Below, piece by piece: positions 26,741 through 36,152 of a stretch of 45,593 nucleotides of DNA. The first letter of the stretch is position 1. Each line of letters starts with the position of its first letter. Position numbers and translations under genes: made by a program. The DNA lies in contig LCOC01000001.1 in the NCBI GenBank assembly GCA_001000545.1, forward strand, positions 1 through 45,593, written 5' to 3'. Under the pieces are notes generated by a model. It had not been told where the DNA came from and did no database searches. It saw only the letters and a list, made by a program, of their open reading frames with translations. This DNA comes from Parcubacteria group bacterium GW2011_GWA2_47_21. GTDB lineage: Bacteria; Patescibacteriota; Minisyncoccia; Phycocordibacterales; DSPV01.

Positions 26741-27171
26741 AAAACGCCCACTTGACCTAATTTCTCCGCCAAAGCGTCGGCCTTATGTTCAACCTCTTCT
26801 TTGTAGGAGCGCCAGGCTTTTTCATCCCAAATTTCCGCCCGGCCCTGAACGCCTACGATGGCCACTCGGCCGGACAATTTCGCGCGTTCAGCTAAGAATT
26901 CCGGAATGAGAATGCGGCCGATGGAATCAATTTCCGCTTCCACCGCCCCGCCGAATATAAAACGGCTGAAACTCCGCGAGTCGGATTGAAGCATGGAGGA
27001 CTCGGCAAGCTTGGCGGAAATTTCTTGCCATTGCTCCAAAGTAAAAACAAAGAGACAACCGTCAAGGCCCGGCGTTATAACCACCTTCTTTCCCATTTCC
27101 GCCCTGAACTTGGCCGGCAAAGAAAGGCGGTTTTTGTCATCTATGGTGTGGATGTATTCGCCGATAAGCAT
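26737..27171 (-). CDS. mraZ: Transcriptional regulator MraZ
   Basis: MLIGEY..IDDKNR, DSIGRILIP; ATG at 27171 preferred. Confidence 0.96.
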   Translation of the reverse strand: MLIGEYIHTIDDKNRLSLPAKFRAEMGKKVVITPGLDGCLFVFTLEQWQEISAKLAESSMLQSDSRSFSRFIFGGAVEAEIDSIGRILIPEFLAERAKLSGRVAIVGVQGRAEIWDEKAWRSYKEEVEHKADALAEKLGQVGVL

Positions 27172-27290
27172 TATGAGGTGCGCTCCCCCGCGCAATCCCG
27201 AAAAAACGGGATTGCGCGAAGTTCTTTTGAAGCGCGCTAAAGTTGACTAAACGCGTGCGATACGAAACGAACCGCGCTAGCTTGTGTTTC

Positions 27291-27341
27291 CCACAATTTC
27301 CCACTCAGTGTAATTTATACACCACTTTCTACCACTTGCAA
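27291..27341 (-). promoter_or_regulatory. mraZ promoter with MraZ-type GTGG direct repeats
   Basis: GTGG boxes (plus-strand CCAC at 27291, 27301, 27322, 27332) in ~10-bp phase, overlapping TTGCAA...TATAAA. Confidence 0.7.
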
Positions 27342-27346
27342 GCCAG

Positions 27347-27528
27347 TTATCCACAGCTAATGTGGAATAGACACGCCTGCCTGCCCCGCTGGGGCGGTAG
27401 GATGGGAACTACGCCGAACTAACGCGGAGATTCTTTACGAGTTTGGGTTTTGAGATTCATTTAAGGCCTGGAAATTATGATTTGGGAGTTTGAAAAATTA
27501 TCCCCACCTTCCCCACAGTTTATTCATA
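27347..27528. promoter_or_regulatory. DnaA box cluster
   Basis: Perfect TTATCCACA at 27347-27355; near matches TTATCCCCA (27498), TTCCCCACA (27509), TTATTCATA (27520). Confidence 0.55.
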
Positions 27529-27577
27529 TTTTCCGTTTGCCCACCGAAAAACCCTTTGTGGTAAAATTGGTTTCCCA

Positions 27578-28996
27578 ATGGCCGACTTCAAGACAAAAAA
27601 TCAAATCCAAGTACCGTCCACCTTTCTCCGGCTTCCACCGCAGAGTATTGAAGCCGAACAGGCCTGCTTGGGCTCCATTATGCTCCGGCCCGAGGCGATG
27701 AATGAGGTGTTGGATATCATTTCTCCCGCTTCCTTTTACGCCGAACGCAACAAGCTGATTTACGCCGCGATGCTGGAGCTTTTTGCCAAAAGCCGGCCGA
27801 TTGACCTCCTTTCCATCTCTACCTTGCTTGGCGAAAAGAAAGAGTTGGAAAGGGTCGGCGGGGCAAGTTATATAACGGAGCTGGTGGACAGCGTGCCCGC
27901 CGCTTCCAACGCCTCGCACTACGCGTCAATCGTTAGAAAGAAACACCTGCTTCGCGAACTTATCTCTGCCGCGGAATATGTGGCCAATCTGGGATTTGCC
28001 GAGGAGGGCGAATTGGAAGAAATCATTGACCGCGCTGAAAAGCGGATTTTTGAAATCAGCCGGGTCGGCAGGCCGGAGACCGTTGTTGAATTTAATCGCG
28101 CGCTCGCCGAGGCCTGGGAGCGGCTTGACCGGCTCCATAAATCAAAAGACGAACTCCGCGGCATCCGAACCGGTTTCAAGGAACTGGACAATCTGCTCGC
28201 CGGTTTCCAAAAATCCGATTTGATAATTTTAGCCGCTCGGCCTTCTATGGGAAAAACCGCTTTGGCGTTAGATATCGCGAGGCAAACCGCCGTGCTTCAC
28301 GGCACGCCAGTCGGCATTTTTTCTCTGGAAATGAGCTCGGCTCAATTGGTTGACAGAATGCTCGCAGCCGAGGCCAGAGTGAGTGCTTGGCATCTTCGCA
28401 CCGGCCGAATTCAAAGCGACGGCGATTTCGGAAAAATCCGCGATTCTCTAGACCGCTTGTCCCGCGCTCCGATTTACATTGACGACCAGCCCGGCAACAA
28501 CATCTTAAAGATACGCTCGGTCGCCAGGCGGCTTAAGATTGAAAAAGGATTGGGACTCATCGTGGTTGATTATCTCCAACTGATGGCGCCGACCATAACT
28601 CGTTCTAGCGATTCCATGGTTCAGCAAGTCACGGAAATTTCCCGCTCGCTCAAACACTTGGCGAGAGAGCTTGATACGCCAGTGCTGGCGCTCTCCCAAC
28701 TATCGCGCGCCGTGGAAAGCCGTGGCGGCAGGCCGCGGCTTTCCGACCTTCGCGATTCGGGCTCAATAGAACAAGATGCCGACGTGGTAATGTTCATTCA
28801 CCGCGAGGATAAATATAAAGAGGATTCCGCCAAGCCAAATATCGCCGAAATTCTAGTGGAGAAGCACCGCAACGGCCCGACCGGCAAAGTGGAATTATAT
28901 TTTGACGATAAAAAAGCCACTTTCTTAAGTTTGGAGAAGGGCGATTTTGGCGGAGGGGAGAACGCGGCGGCGGATAACGGCGCGGAGGTGTTCTAA
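27578..28996 (+). CDS. dnaB: Replicative DNA helicase
   Basis: PPQSIEAEQ, AARPSMGKT, FSLEM, VDYLQL, LSQLSR, LRDSGSIEQDAD, KHRNGPTG. Confidence 0.98.
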   Translation: MADFKTKNQIQVPSTFLRLPPQSIEAEQACLGSIMLRPEAMNEVLDIISPASFYAERNKLIYAAMLELFAKSRPIDLLSISTLLGEKKELERVGGASYITELVDSVPAASNASHYASIVRKKHLLRELISAAEYVANLGFAEEGELEEIIDRAEKRIFEISRVGRPETVVEFNRALAEAWERLDRLHKSKDELRGIRTGFKELDNLLAGFQKSDLIILAARPSMGKTALALDIARQTAVLHGTPVGIFSLEMSSAQLVDRMLAAEARVSAWHLRTGRIQSDGDFGKIRDSLDRLSRAPIYIDDQPGNNILKIRSVARRLKIEKGLGLIVVDYLQLMAPTITRSSDSMVQQVTEISRSLKHLARELDTPVLALSQLSRAVESRGGRPRLSDLRDSGSIEQDADVVMFIHREDKYKEDSAKPNIAEILVEKHRNGPTGKVELYFDDKKATFLSLEKGDFGGGENAAADNGAEVF

Positions 28997-29002
28997 ATTT
29001 TT

Positions 29003-29623
29003 ATGAATCTGATTGATAAACTTTCAAAAATTTTTGGCGCTTTCCCGGGAGTGGGGCCAAGGCAAGCAAAAAGATTCGTTTATTTTCTGCTAAGCGATAA
29101 AAGAGGAGTAACCGCCGGTCTGCGCGAGGCACTCGCCTTGGTAGAGAAAAAAATCAGCCGGTGTAAATTCTGCGGGCGATATTTTAACGGAGAAACCAAA
29201 ACCGATATTTGCGCGGTTTGTTCCGACAAATCCCGCGACCACTCCATTTTAATGGTGGTCGCCAAGGACTTTGATTTTGAAGCGATAGAAAAAAGCGGCG
29301 CCTATAATGGATTTTATTTCGTCTTGGGCGGCACCATCCCGATTCTTTCAGATAAACCGGAGGAAAGGGTCAGAAGCAAAGAGCTATCGCAAGAAATTAA
29401 GAGACGGGTGCCGGAAGGGCTTAAAGAGATAATTTTGGCCTTGAACGCGAATCCCGAGGGCGAAAATACCACCCTTTACATTGAAAAACTGCTCACGCCG
29501 TTTAAGAGCAAAGACCTAAAAATCACCGTGCTCGGACGAGGTCTTTCCACTGGCACGGAATTAGAATACGCCGACCCGCTGACCATTAAAGAAGCCCTAT
29601 CGGGCCGTAAACCGGAGAGGTAA
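29003..29623 (+). CDS. recR: Recombination mediator RecR
   Basis: PGVGPR HhH motif, C4 zinc finger, Toprim domain, ELEYADPLT. Confidence 0.95.
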   Translation: MNLIDKLSKIFGAFPGVGPRQAKRFVYFLLSDKRGVTAGLREALALVEKKISRCKFCGRYFNGETKTDICAVCSDKSRDHSILMVVAKDFDFEAIEKSGAYNGFYFVLGGTIPILSDKPEERVRSKELSQEIKRRVPEGLKEIILALNANPEGENTTLYIEKLLTPFKSKDLKITVLGRGLSTGTELEYADPLTIKEALSGRKPER

Positions 29624-29688
29624 CCAGCAGTCAAAACGCTCTTTACAGCCGTGAATCACGAGCGGTCTGACTACTAGCGGCTACCCTG

Positions 29689-30009
29689 TTATTTTATGGA
29701 GTCAATCCGGACCTTGATATATGGCTGGCGGTGGCCCCGGCGTTTTAGATGGCGGCTTTTGGCTTTATATTTCACAACTAGAATTTTTTTTGAGCGTCCG
29801 ATTTCTTCAATTTTGCCAGAGACCTTCGCGCCGGCGATGTAAGGAGTGCCAACGGTGGTGTCTTGGCCATTATCAACCAAAAGCACCTTGTCAAAAATGA
29901 TAAGATCGCCCTCCTTGGAGGGGTCGGGTAGCTTTTCAATCTTCAAGACATCCCCGACGGAAACATCGTATTGCTTCCCGCCTGTTTGGATAACGGCAAA
30001 TTCTTTCAT
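29689..30009 (-). CDS. rplU: 50S ribosomal protein L21
   Basis: FAVIQTGGKQY, VGTPYI, GHRQPY; ATG at 30009 preferred. Confidence 0.97.
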   Translation of the reverse strand: MKEFAVIQTGGKQYDVSVGDVLKIEKLPDPSKEGDLIIFDKVLLVDNGQDTTVGTPYIAGAKVSGKIEEIGRSKKILVVKYKAKSRHLKRRGHRQPYIKVRIDSIK

Positions 30010-30125
30010 AAAAACATTATACATAGCCATTTTAAAAAATCAATCGGCCGGTTCGGATTGCCCGTTTCCAAAACGCCCGCCTCTGCGGCGGATAATTTGG
30101 CTTCATAACGAAACTCATTGAGACG

Positions 30126-31181
30126 CTAACCTTCCGTTTCAGGTTTTTCCAACACCGGCGCTTGAAGTTCGCCGGACGCGCCGGTGATGCGCATCACATC
30201 TTTATCAATCTTCTTAAACTCCTTGCCGGTCGCATTGTAATGATTAACCGCCACCGAGATGGCATTGCCGAGCTTGACATGGTACTCCTCATAACTTTTA
30301 AGATGCCGAGCGAGCTCCCCCACCCGCTTGATAATTTCTTTGGCCGTCTCCTCAATTTGGAGGGCCTTAAGCCCTTGCAAGACCGTTTGGAGGTAAGCGA
30401 GAAATGAGGTCGGCGAAACAATAATCACCCGATATTTGCCAGCGGCTCTCTGCACTAGATTTTCAGTGTCATCGGTTACCGCGCCGACTTTATTGGCAAG
30501 AAGGTCGTAATAAATCGCTTCATGGGGGATAAACATAAAAGCAAAATCGGTGGTGTTTTGCTCCGGCTGAATATATTTTGAGGTCTCCACAATCCGATTT
30601 TTTAAATCATTGACGAAAAGTTTTTCCAACCGCTCCTTTTCCGCCGGGTCGCGGGTTTCCGAGAGACGGTTGTAATTTTCCAGCGAGAATTTGGAATCAA
30701 TGGGAATAATTTTGTCTTTCACAAATACGGCCGCATCCACTATCGTGCCGTCCGGAAAGGGATATTGCATCTGGTAGGAATTGGGCGGCAGGACATTCTT
30801 TAGGAGGGTTTCCAAATAATATTCGCCTAAAATCCCTCGTTGTTTTGGATTTTTTAAAATATCTTGCAGATTTTGGAGTTGGTCGGCGAAAGAGATGACT
30901 TGCCGATTCGTTTCATCTAACTTAGTAAGACCCTCCGTAACATCTTTGATAAGTTTTGCCGATTCGCCGAATTGGTGGCGGATAGCGCTTGAAACCTCTT
31001 TGGTCGTCTCCCCTATCTTTTGGTCAACCGTCCGCGCCAATTCATTCATTTGCTGGAAAAGGAGTTTAAACGCCGTTTCGTCTTTTTCATTATCTTTCGG
31101 CCGGTGGGACAAGCGCCAGAGCATTACTCCATTTAACACCAACAGAAAAATCACCAGCGCGATTAAAATGCCGTTTTGCAT
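30126..31181 (-). CDS. rmuC: DNA recombination protein RmuC
   Basis: TM and coiled coil, KQRGILGE, IDSKF, FAFMFIP.E, VSPT. Confidence 0.93.
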   Translation of the reverse strand: MQNGILIALVIFLLVLNGVMLWRLSHRPKDNEKDETAFKLLFQQMNELARTVDQKIGETTKEVSSAIRHQFGESAKLIKDVTEGLTKLDETNRQVISFADQLQNLQDILKNPKQRGILGEYYLETLLKNVLPPNSYQMQYPFPDGTIVDAAVFVKDKIIPIDSKFSLENYNRLSETRDPAEKERLEKLFVNDLKNRIVETSKYIQPEQNTTDFAFMFIPHEAIYYDLLANKVGAVTDDTENLVQRAAGKYRVIIVSPTSFLAYLQTVLQGLKALQIEETAKEIIKRVGELARHLKSYEEYHVKLGNAISVAVNHYNATGKEFKKIDKDVMRITGASGELQAPVLEKPETEG

Positions 31182-31208
31182 AAAACAAATTATACCTTAT
31201 AATTACCA

Positions 31209-31670
31209 ATGATGTCTTTACACCAACAAATAAAATCGCAAATCAAAGAGGCCATGCTTAAGAAAGAGGCCTTGCGGCTTTCCGTCGTGCGCTCGCTTGT
31301 GGCGGCATTTACGAACGAGCTCGTGGCCAAAGGGCGAAAACCGGACGGCGAATTGACCGACGATGAAGCGCTGGCGGTAATAAAACGCGCGGTCAAACAA
31401 AGGAAGGATTCGGTTGAGCAGTTCAAAAAGGGCGGTCGGGCGGATTTGGTTGAGGCGGAAGAAGCAGAACGGAAAATTCTTGAAACTTACCTCCCCGCCC
31501 AAATGCCTCGGGAGGAAATAAAAAAAGTCGCCGAAGCGAAAAAGGCCGCGCTTGGCATTGCCGACAAGAGCAAAGCGGGCATACTAGTCGGGGCGGTGAT
31601 GAAAGAACTCAAAGGCAAAGCGGATGGGGCGGATGTAAAAATTATAGTTGAAGAATTGCTCGCGGCGTAA
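31209..31670 (+). CDS. yqeY: GatB/YqeY domain protein
   Basis: KQRKDSVEQF..GGRADL..E..E...L..YLP, KGKADG. Confidence 0.9.
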   Translation: MMSLHQQIKSQIKEAMLKKEALRLSVVRSLVAAFTNELVAKGRKPDGELTDDEALAVIKRAVKQRKDSVEQFKKGGRADLVEAEEAERKILETYLPAQMPREEIKKVAEAKKAALGIADKSKAGILVGAVMKELKGKADGADVKIIVEELLAA

Positions 31671-31909
31671 CCACTTGCCAAGTTTAATCCGTAAGACAAA
31701 AAACCATGAATAAATTTGAAAAATTAGCGAGCTTGATGAGAGACGCCGTAAAGAATCCTGAAAAATATCCGGAGGCGCCGTCCGACAACAAGCCCGAAGA
31801 GGACAAGAAACGGGATGATTGGTTAAAGAAACTGGAAGATAGACAAGATAATGACAATCGGTCTTTTTAAAAAGTTTCCTCTTTATCCCTTCTCTTTCTG
31901 AAGAGCCAT

Positions 31910-31951
31910 ATTGTAAAAAAACTGATTCTGATTGTAAAAAAACTGATTCTG
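31910..31951. repeat. Perfect 21-bp tandem duplication in a promoter
   Basis: ATTGTAAAAAAACTGATTCTG x2, followed by TATAAT at 31954. Confidence 0.9.
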
Positions 31952-31982
31952 AATATAATTTCAGAAGACGTTTTGATTTGCC

Positions 31983-32294
31983 GTGTCTCATTACGGTAAA
32001 TCAAGACGAAGCTCCAAACCGCAACAAACCAAAAACATGCATATGGCAACAGTGATTAGCGTTTTGCGCAGGAACAAGCAGGTTCCGATTGGTGGACCGG
32101 CTCATAAAGTGAACACGACCTACGGCAACGGCGGCATCGCCGGCGGGAACCAGAAAGCCCGTCAAACCAAGGGCATTCTAGCCAGAACGGCGATTCCCAA
32201 GATTCTTCAAACTGGCTCGGGTGAACCTAACCCTCGGCCGAAAACCATCAAGCGCCCGCCCGCGCGCTGGGGTCCTGTGCCATTAAGAAGGTGA
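31983..32294 (+). CDS. Small basic hypothetical protein
   Basis: R/K-rich 103 aa ORF, preceded by a promoter-like TATAAT and followed by a hairpin; start uncertain. Confidence 0.45.
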   Translation: MSHYGKSRRSSKPQQTKNMHMATVISVLRRNKQVPIGGPAHKVNTTYGNGGIAGGNQKARQTKGILARTAIPKILQTGSGEPNPRPKTIKRPPARWGPVPLRR

Positions 32295-32296
32295 CG

Positions 32297-32872
32297 CTAA
32301 TCGCGTTTCGGCCGGACTTTTCTTAGAAAAGTCCGGCTTGTCTTTTTATTTTTCTTCAAAAGCGCAAACCTATACGGCTTATTGGCCCACACTTCGCCGG
32401 CATAATGAACGCCAACCCGAGGCAATTTTTTCACCTGCCCGCGCTTCGGCCTAAAGCCCCTATCCTCAAACCATAACCCAGACACCGGCGAAGCAATTTT
32501 GCCGTTAAGCCGCTTATCAATTTCAAGCGCTTCGGTGAGTTTGCCGGGGCCGTTAAATCCTCCCGCTCCCCGAATCAAGATGGCCGCCGGATAGTCCTTT
32601 TTCCCAACCACAACATTTAGCATCCAATACATTCCGTAAACGAAATACACATAGAGATAACTGGCGTCGCCCCACATCACTTCGTTTCGCGCCGTTTTCC
32701 CCCTAAAAGCGTGCGATGCCCTGTCCCGAAACCCATCATAAACCTCTACCTCGGTAATAGGTAAAGATATTTCCTTCACACCAACCGCCCTGACTAAGAA
32801 CTTGCCGAGAAGCTCCCGCCCGACTTTAAGCGCCGGCCGGTCAAAAAATTTCGGTTCAAGTATGACACGCAT
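32297..32872 (-). CDS. mpg: DNA-3-methyladenine glycosylase (AAG/MPG type)
   Basis: LLGKFL, ITEVEVY, DRASH, YVYFVYGM, NGPGKL, PRVGV. Confidence 0.92.
   Translation of the reverse strand: MRVILEPKFFDRPALKVGRELLGKFLVRAVGVKEISLPITEVEVYDGFRDRASHAFRGKTARNEVMWGDASYLYVYFVYGMYWMLNVVVGKKDYPAAILIRGAGGFNGPGKLTEALEIDKRLNGKIASPVSGLWFEDRGFRPKRGQVKKLPRVGVHYAGEVWANKPYRFALLKKNKKTSRTFLRKVRPKRD
32311..32337. terminator. Putative terminator hairpin
   Basis: GCCGGACTTTTC-tta-GAAAAGTCCGGC at the junction of convergent genes. Confidence 0.6.
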
Positions 32873-32986
32873 ACTAAAATATTACTCCTTGCTCCTTAAA
32901 CGGCAACCGCTGAAAGGCATCGTGGCCCTTTACAAAATCTCGGGCGGGTATAATCTTCTTTACAGAAAAACAATCAATAAAAACCT

Positions 32987-33274
32987 ATGCCGAAAGTGAT
33001 TGCCTATACTGCGATGACAGACGAAGAACGAGTTGACCTTTTAATGGACACCGTTCTAAGCTACGGAAAGCATCACCCTCTCACCAGACAAAACAAACAG
33101 CGGTTGCTGGATGAATTCCACGCGTTAAGAAAGCTCGTTGAACGGCAACCAGAATTGGTTGAGGGTCTAGTCGGTGAAAGCATAACCGTGCAGGAACAAG
33201 AAGAAATTTCTCTTCCAGCAGGAAGCTGGAGAATACCCTCTATGCTTGGCGTGCCAAACGAACCCATCTTCTGA
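32987..33274 (+). CDS. Hypothetical protein
   Basis: 95 aa ORF, TATAAT upstream, terminator downstream. Confidence 0.6.
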   Translation: MPKVIAYTAMTDEERVDLLMDTVLSYGKHHPLTRQNKQRLLDEFHALRKLVERQPELVEGLVGESITVQEQEEISLPAGSWRIPSMLGVPNEPIF

Positions 33275-33383
33275 CGCGTTGGATTATCCCAGGGCGACGG
33301 TATGAGTCCTGCTGGCGCCACTCATACTAAGGAAGAAGACGGCGACCCGGGTCCGGGGGTCTGAATCAAGACAGTAAATATCG

Positions 33384-33415
33384 CCCCGTCCGCCCGAAAG
33401 CGGACGGGGATTTTT
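33384..33415 (+). terminator. Rho-independent terminator
   Basis: CCCCGTCCGC-ccgaaa-GCGGACGGGG followed by ATTTTT. Confidence 0.8.
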
Positions 33416-33439
33416 GAACCAGCAGTCAGGCCGATGGTT

Positions 33440-34735
33440 TCAGCGCGTTGAATATTTTCTGGCGAAATCGGCGCGAAAATCTTCAAATTTATCGGCGAGG
33501 ACGCCTTCTCTTATCTCGCCCATCAATTTTGTGAAAAAACGCAAGTTGTGGATAGTGCCGAGCGTTGACGCCAAAATTTCTTTCGTCCGGTAAAGATGGG
33601 CCAAGTAAGAACGTGAGAAGTTCGCGCAAGTGTAGCAATCGCAATGCTCTTCAAGCGGGGAAAAATCTTTCACAAACTTGGCATTGGTGATATTGACCCG
33701 GCCGGCGCGTGTGTACAAGCTTCCTGTTCTCGCTTCTCTGGTTGGCGCCACGCAGTCAAAAGTATCAATGCCATTCTCCACGGCGCCCCAGATGTCTAAT
33801 GGGTCGCCGATACCCAAGAGATGTCGCGGTTTTTCCGGCGGCAAAATCTCATTAACCCAAGAAACAGCGCTCTCAATGTCCTCTTTCTCAAAAGAGCCGC
33901 CGATGCCGAAGCCGTCAAAATCCATCGCCCCGACGGCTTTTGCGCTCTCTTTGCGTAAGTCCCCATAACGCCCGCCCTGAACAATGCCGAATAGCGCTTG
34001 CTCCCCTTTCCGCATTTTTTTGCGCGAAGCCCGCGCCAGTCCACGCCGCGCTCGCTTATGTTCCGCAAGCGAGCGCAAGGCCCAACGATGCGTCCGCTCC
34101 ATTGCCTCTCTTTGGTATTCATAGGGCGCAGAAGGCGAAGGGCATTCGTCAAAAGCGAAAATGATGTCGGCACCGATGGATTGTTGGATTTGGATTGAGC
34201 GCTCCGGCGTAAAACGGTGCTTGGAGCCGTCCTTGTATGAAAGAAAATCAACACCGTCCTCGTCAATTTTTACGAGCGTATTTGTTGTTTTTCCGCCTTC
34301 TCCGCTATCAGCCATACCCATTCTGATGTTCTCAAGAACATCAGAATGGACGGGCTTTTGCCTCGGTGTGGCGTTTGATTTTTTACTGAAAGAAATCTTA
34401 CTCTGCCTTCTGCCGAAAGCGGCCCCCAAAGAAAAAACCTGAAAACCTCCGGAATCGGTCATCGTGGGTCCCGGCCAGTTCATAAATTTGCCGAGGCCTC
34501 CCGCGGCCTCAATGATTTTTTCCCCGGGCTCTAAATATAAATGATAGGTATTGGCCAGCACGACTGAAATACCAACATCTTTAATCTCCACCGGGGTCAA
34601 GGATTTGACCGAGGCCTTGGTGCCAACAGCGGCAAAAGCCGGCGTCAAGATTTTTCCATGCGCTGTTTCCATCACGCCGGCCCGCGCCAGGCCTTTCCCC
34701 TTTTTTTGAATGGTAAAACCGAATACCTTTTCCAA
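33440..34735 (-). CDS. tgt: tRNA-guanine transglycosylase
   Basis: ANTYHL, TDSGGFQVFS, GIVQGG, PRHLLG, DCVAPTR, CDCYTC...H zinc site; two non-canonical inserts. Confidence 0.96.
   Translation of the reverse strand: MEKVFGFTIQKKGKGLARAGVMETAHGKILTPAFAAVGTKASVKSLTPVEIKDVGISVVLANTYHLYLEPGEKIIEAAGGLGKFMNWPGPTMTDSGGFQVFSLGAAFGRRQSKISFSKKSNATPRQKPVHSDVLENIRMGMADSGEGGKTTNTLVKIDEDGVDFLSYKDGSKHRFTPERSIQIQQSIGADIIFAFDECPSPSAPYEYQREAMERTHRWALRSLAEHKRARRGLARASRKKMRKGEQALFGIVQGGRYGDLRKESAKAVGAMDFDGFGIGGSFEKEDIESAVSWVNEILPPEKPRHLLGIGDPLDIWGAVENGIDTFDCVAPTREARTGSLYTRAGRVNITNAKFVKDFSPLEEHCDCYTCANFSRSYLAHLYRTKEILASTLGTIHNLRFFTKLMGEIREGVLADKFEDFRADFARKYSTR
34318..34349. repeat. In-frame 32-bp palindrome within tgt
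   Basis: CCATTCTGATGTTCT-ca-AGAACATCAGAATGG, encoding HSDVLENIRM. Confidence 0.8.
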
Positions 34736-34795
34736 AATGTTCGTTGAAAAGAGACCTGTTGAAATTACGGAATCCCAAACGGTCTTCTCCTCTGA

Positions 34796-35263
34796 TTATT
34801 TAATTTCAATTACCTCCACCTCAAATACCAAAGTTGAATTCGCCGGAATCGGCCCCACCGCTTGATTGCCGTAACCGAGTTCCGGCGGAACGGTTATACG
34901 CCTGACTCCGCCAACTTTCATCCCAAGCACCCCCTCCTCAAAACCCCGGATAAGCAAGCCCTGGCCAAGCGCCACCTCAAACGGAGCGCCCCTCGCCTTT
35001 GAATCATCAAATTTGGAGCCGTTGGCCAGGAAGCCGACATAGTGAACGACCACCGTATCCGTCTTCTCAACGGTTTTGCCTTGGCCGACAGTTAAATCCT
35101 GTAGAGCCATGCTGTTTTGGGGATTGCCGGAATCATTTAAAACGTCGCCGGTTTCGTTTGAATCGGACGAATTCCCAAACGGATAAAATCGGTTGCCGAT
35201 TATAAAAAAAGAGGAAACGACAATAATTCCGACGATAACGGCAATAGTTTGCTTATTTTTCAT
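34796..35263 (-). CDS. FKBP-type peptidyl-prolyl isomerase, membrane-anchored
   Basis: VHYVG.L..G.KFD, GMKVGG.R, PPELGYG, IPANSTLVFEVE. Confidence 0.94.
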   Translation of the reverse strand: MKNKQTIAVIVGIIVVSSFFIIGNRFYPFGNSSDSNETGDVLNDSGNPQNSMALQDLTVGQGKTVEKTDTVVVHYVGFLANGSKFDDSKARGAPFEVALGQGLLIRGFEEGVLGMKVGGVRRITVPPELGYGNQAVGPIPANSTLVFEVEVIEIK

Positions 35264-35411
35264 AAAAAAAATTAGTTGCTAAATGTCATTCTCAAAGATT
35301 TTAACACACATAACGCCGCATGGGTAAGTTGCTTTTTGCACAGGTTATATCTTAAAATTAGCTGGAGGGTCTGAATGTTTTTTAGGTTAAACTTAAATTT
35401 GTAATTTTTCC

Positions 35412-36134
35412 ATGGACGAAGAAAAAAAGAAACGGAGACAAAGCGTTCCGCGAACTCCGGGGCAACCATTCACAAAAGATGAGCTGAGCGCGGACGCTAA
35501 GCGCCGCGCCTCTTATATTTTCAAAGAATTTCGAGCGGCGTTTGAGTTTATCGGTAAATACAGAAAGACGGTTAGTATTTTCGGCTCGGCCCGATTAAGC
35601 GAGGACAGTACTCATTATGAAAAAGCCAGACAGTTGGCGGCGAAACTTTCCAAGCTCGGCTATACCATAGTAACCGGCGGCGGACCGGGCATTATGGAGG
35701 GGGCGAATCGGGGCGCCTTTGAAACGGGAGGCGGGTCCGTTGGCTTGAACATCAAACTGGCCGAATTCCAGGAGCCGAATCGCTTCACCACCGACAATAT
35801 GGAGTTCTATTACTTCTTCACTCGAAAAGTAGCTCTTTCCTTTGCGGCGGAGGCCTATTTGTTTTTCCCCGGCGGTTTCGGCACGCTGGATGAATTTTTT
35901 GAGATTGTAACTTTGATTCAGACGAAAAAAATTCGGCGCGTGCCGGTCATTTTAGTCGGAAGCGATTACTGGCGTCCCCTCTACAACTTCCTCCGAAATG
36001 ACCTAAAAGACGGACACCGAACAATCACCGACGCTGATTTGGATTTAATAAAAATGTGCGATAACGACGAGGAAATTATAAAAATCATCCTGGAAAGCCC
36101 GACAAACCACGGAAATGGAAATCACGCGGTCTGA
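35412..36134 (+). CDS. LOG family nucleotide phosphoribohydrolase (Rossmann fold)
   Basis: SIFGSAR, TGGGPGIM, FFTRK, PGGFGTLDE. Confidence 0.92.
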   Translation: MDEEKKKRRQSVPRTPGQPFTKDELSADAKRRASYIFKEFRAAFEFIGKYRKTVSIFGSARLSEDSTHYEKARQLAAKLSKLGYTIVTGGGPGIMEGANRGAFETGGGSVGLNIKLAEFQEPNRFTTDNMEFYYFFTRKVALSFAAEAYLFFPGGFGTLDEFFEIVTLIQTKKIRRVPVILVGSDYWRPLYNFLRNDLKDGHRTITDADLDLIKMCDNDEEIIKIILESPTNHGNGNHAV

Positions 36135-36152
36135 TAAATACTCTCTACCGCG

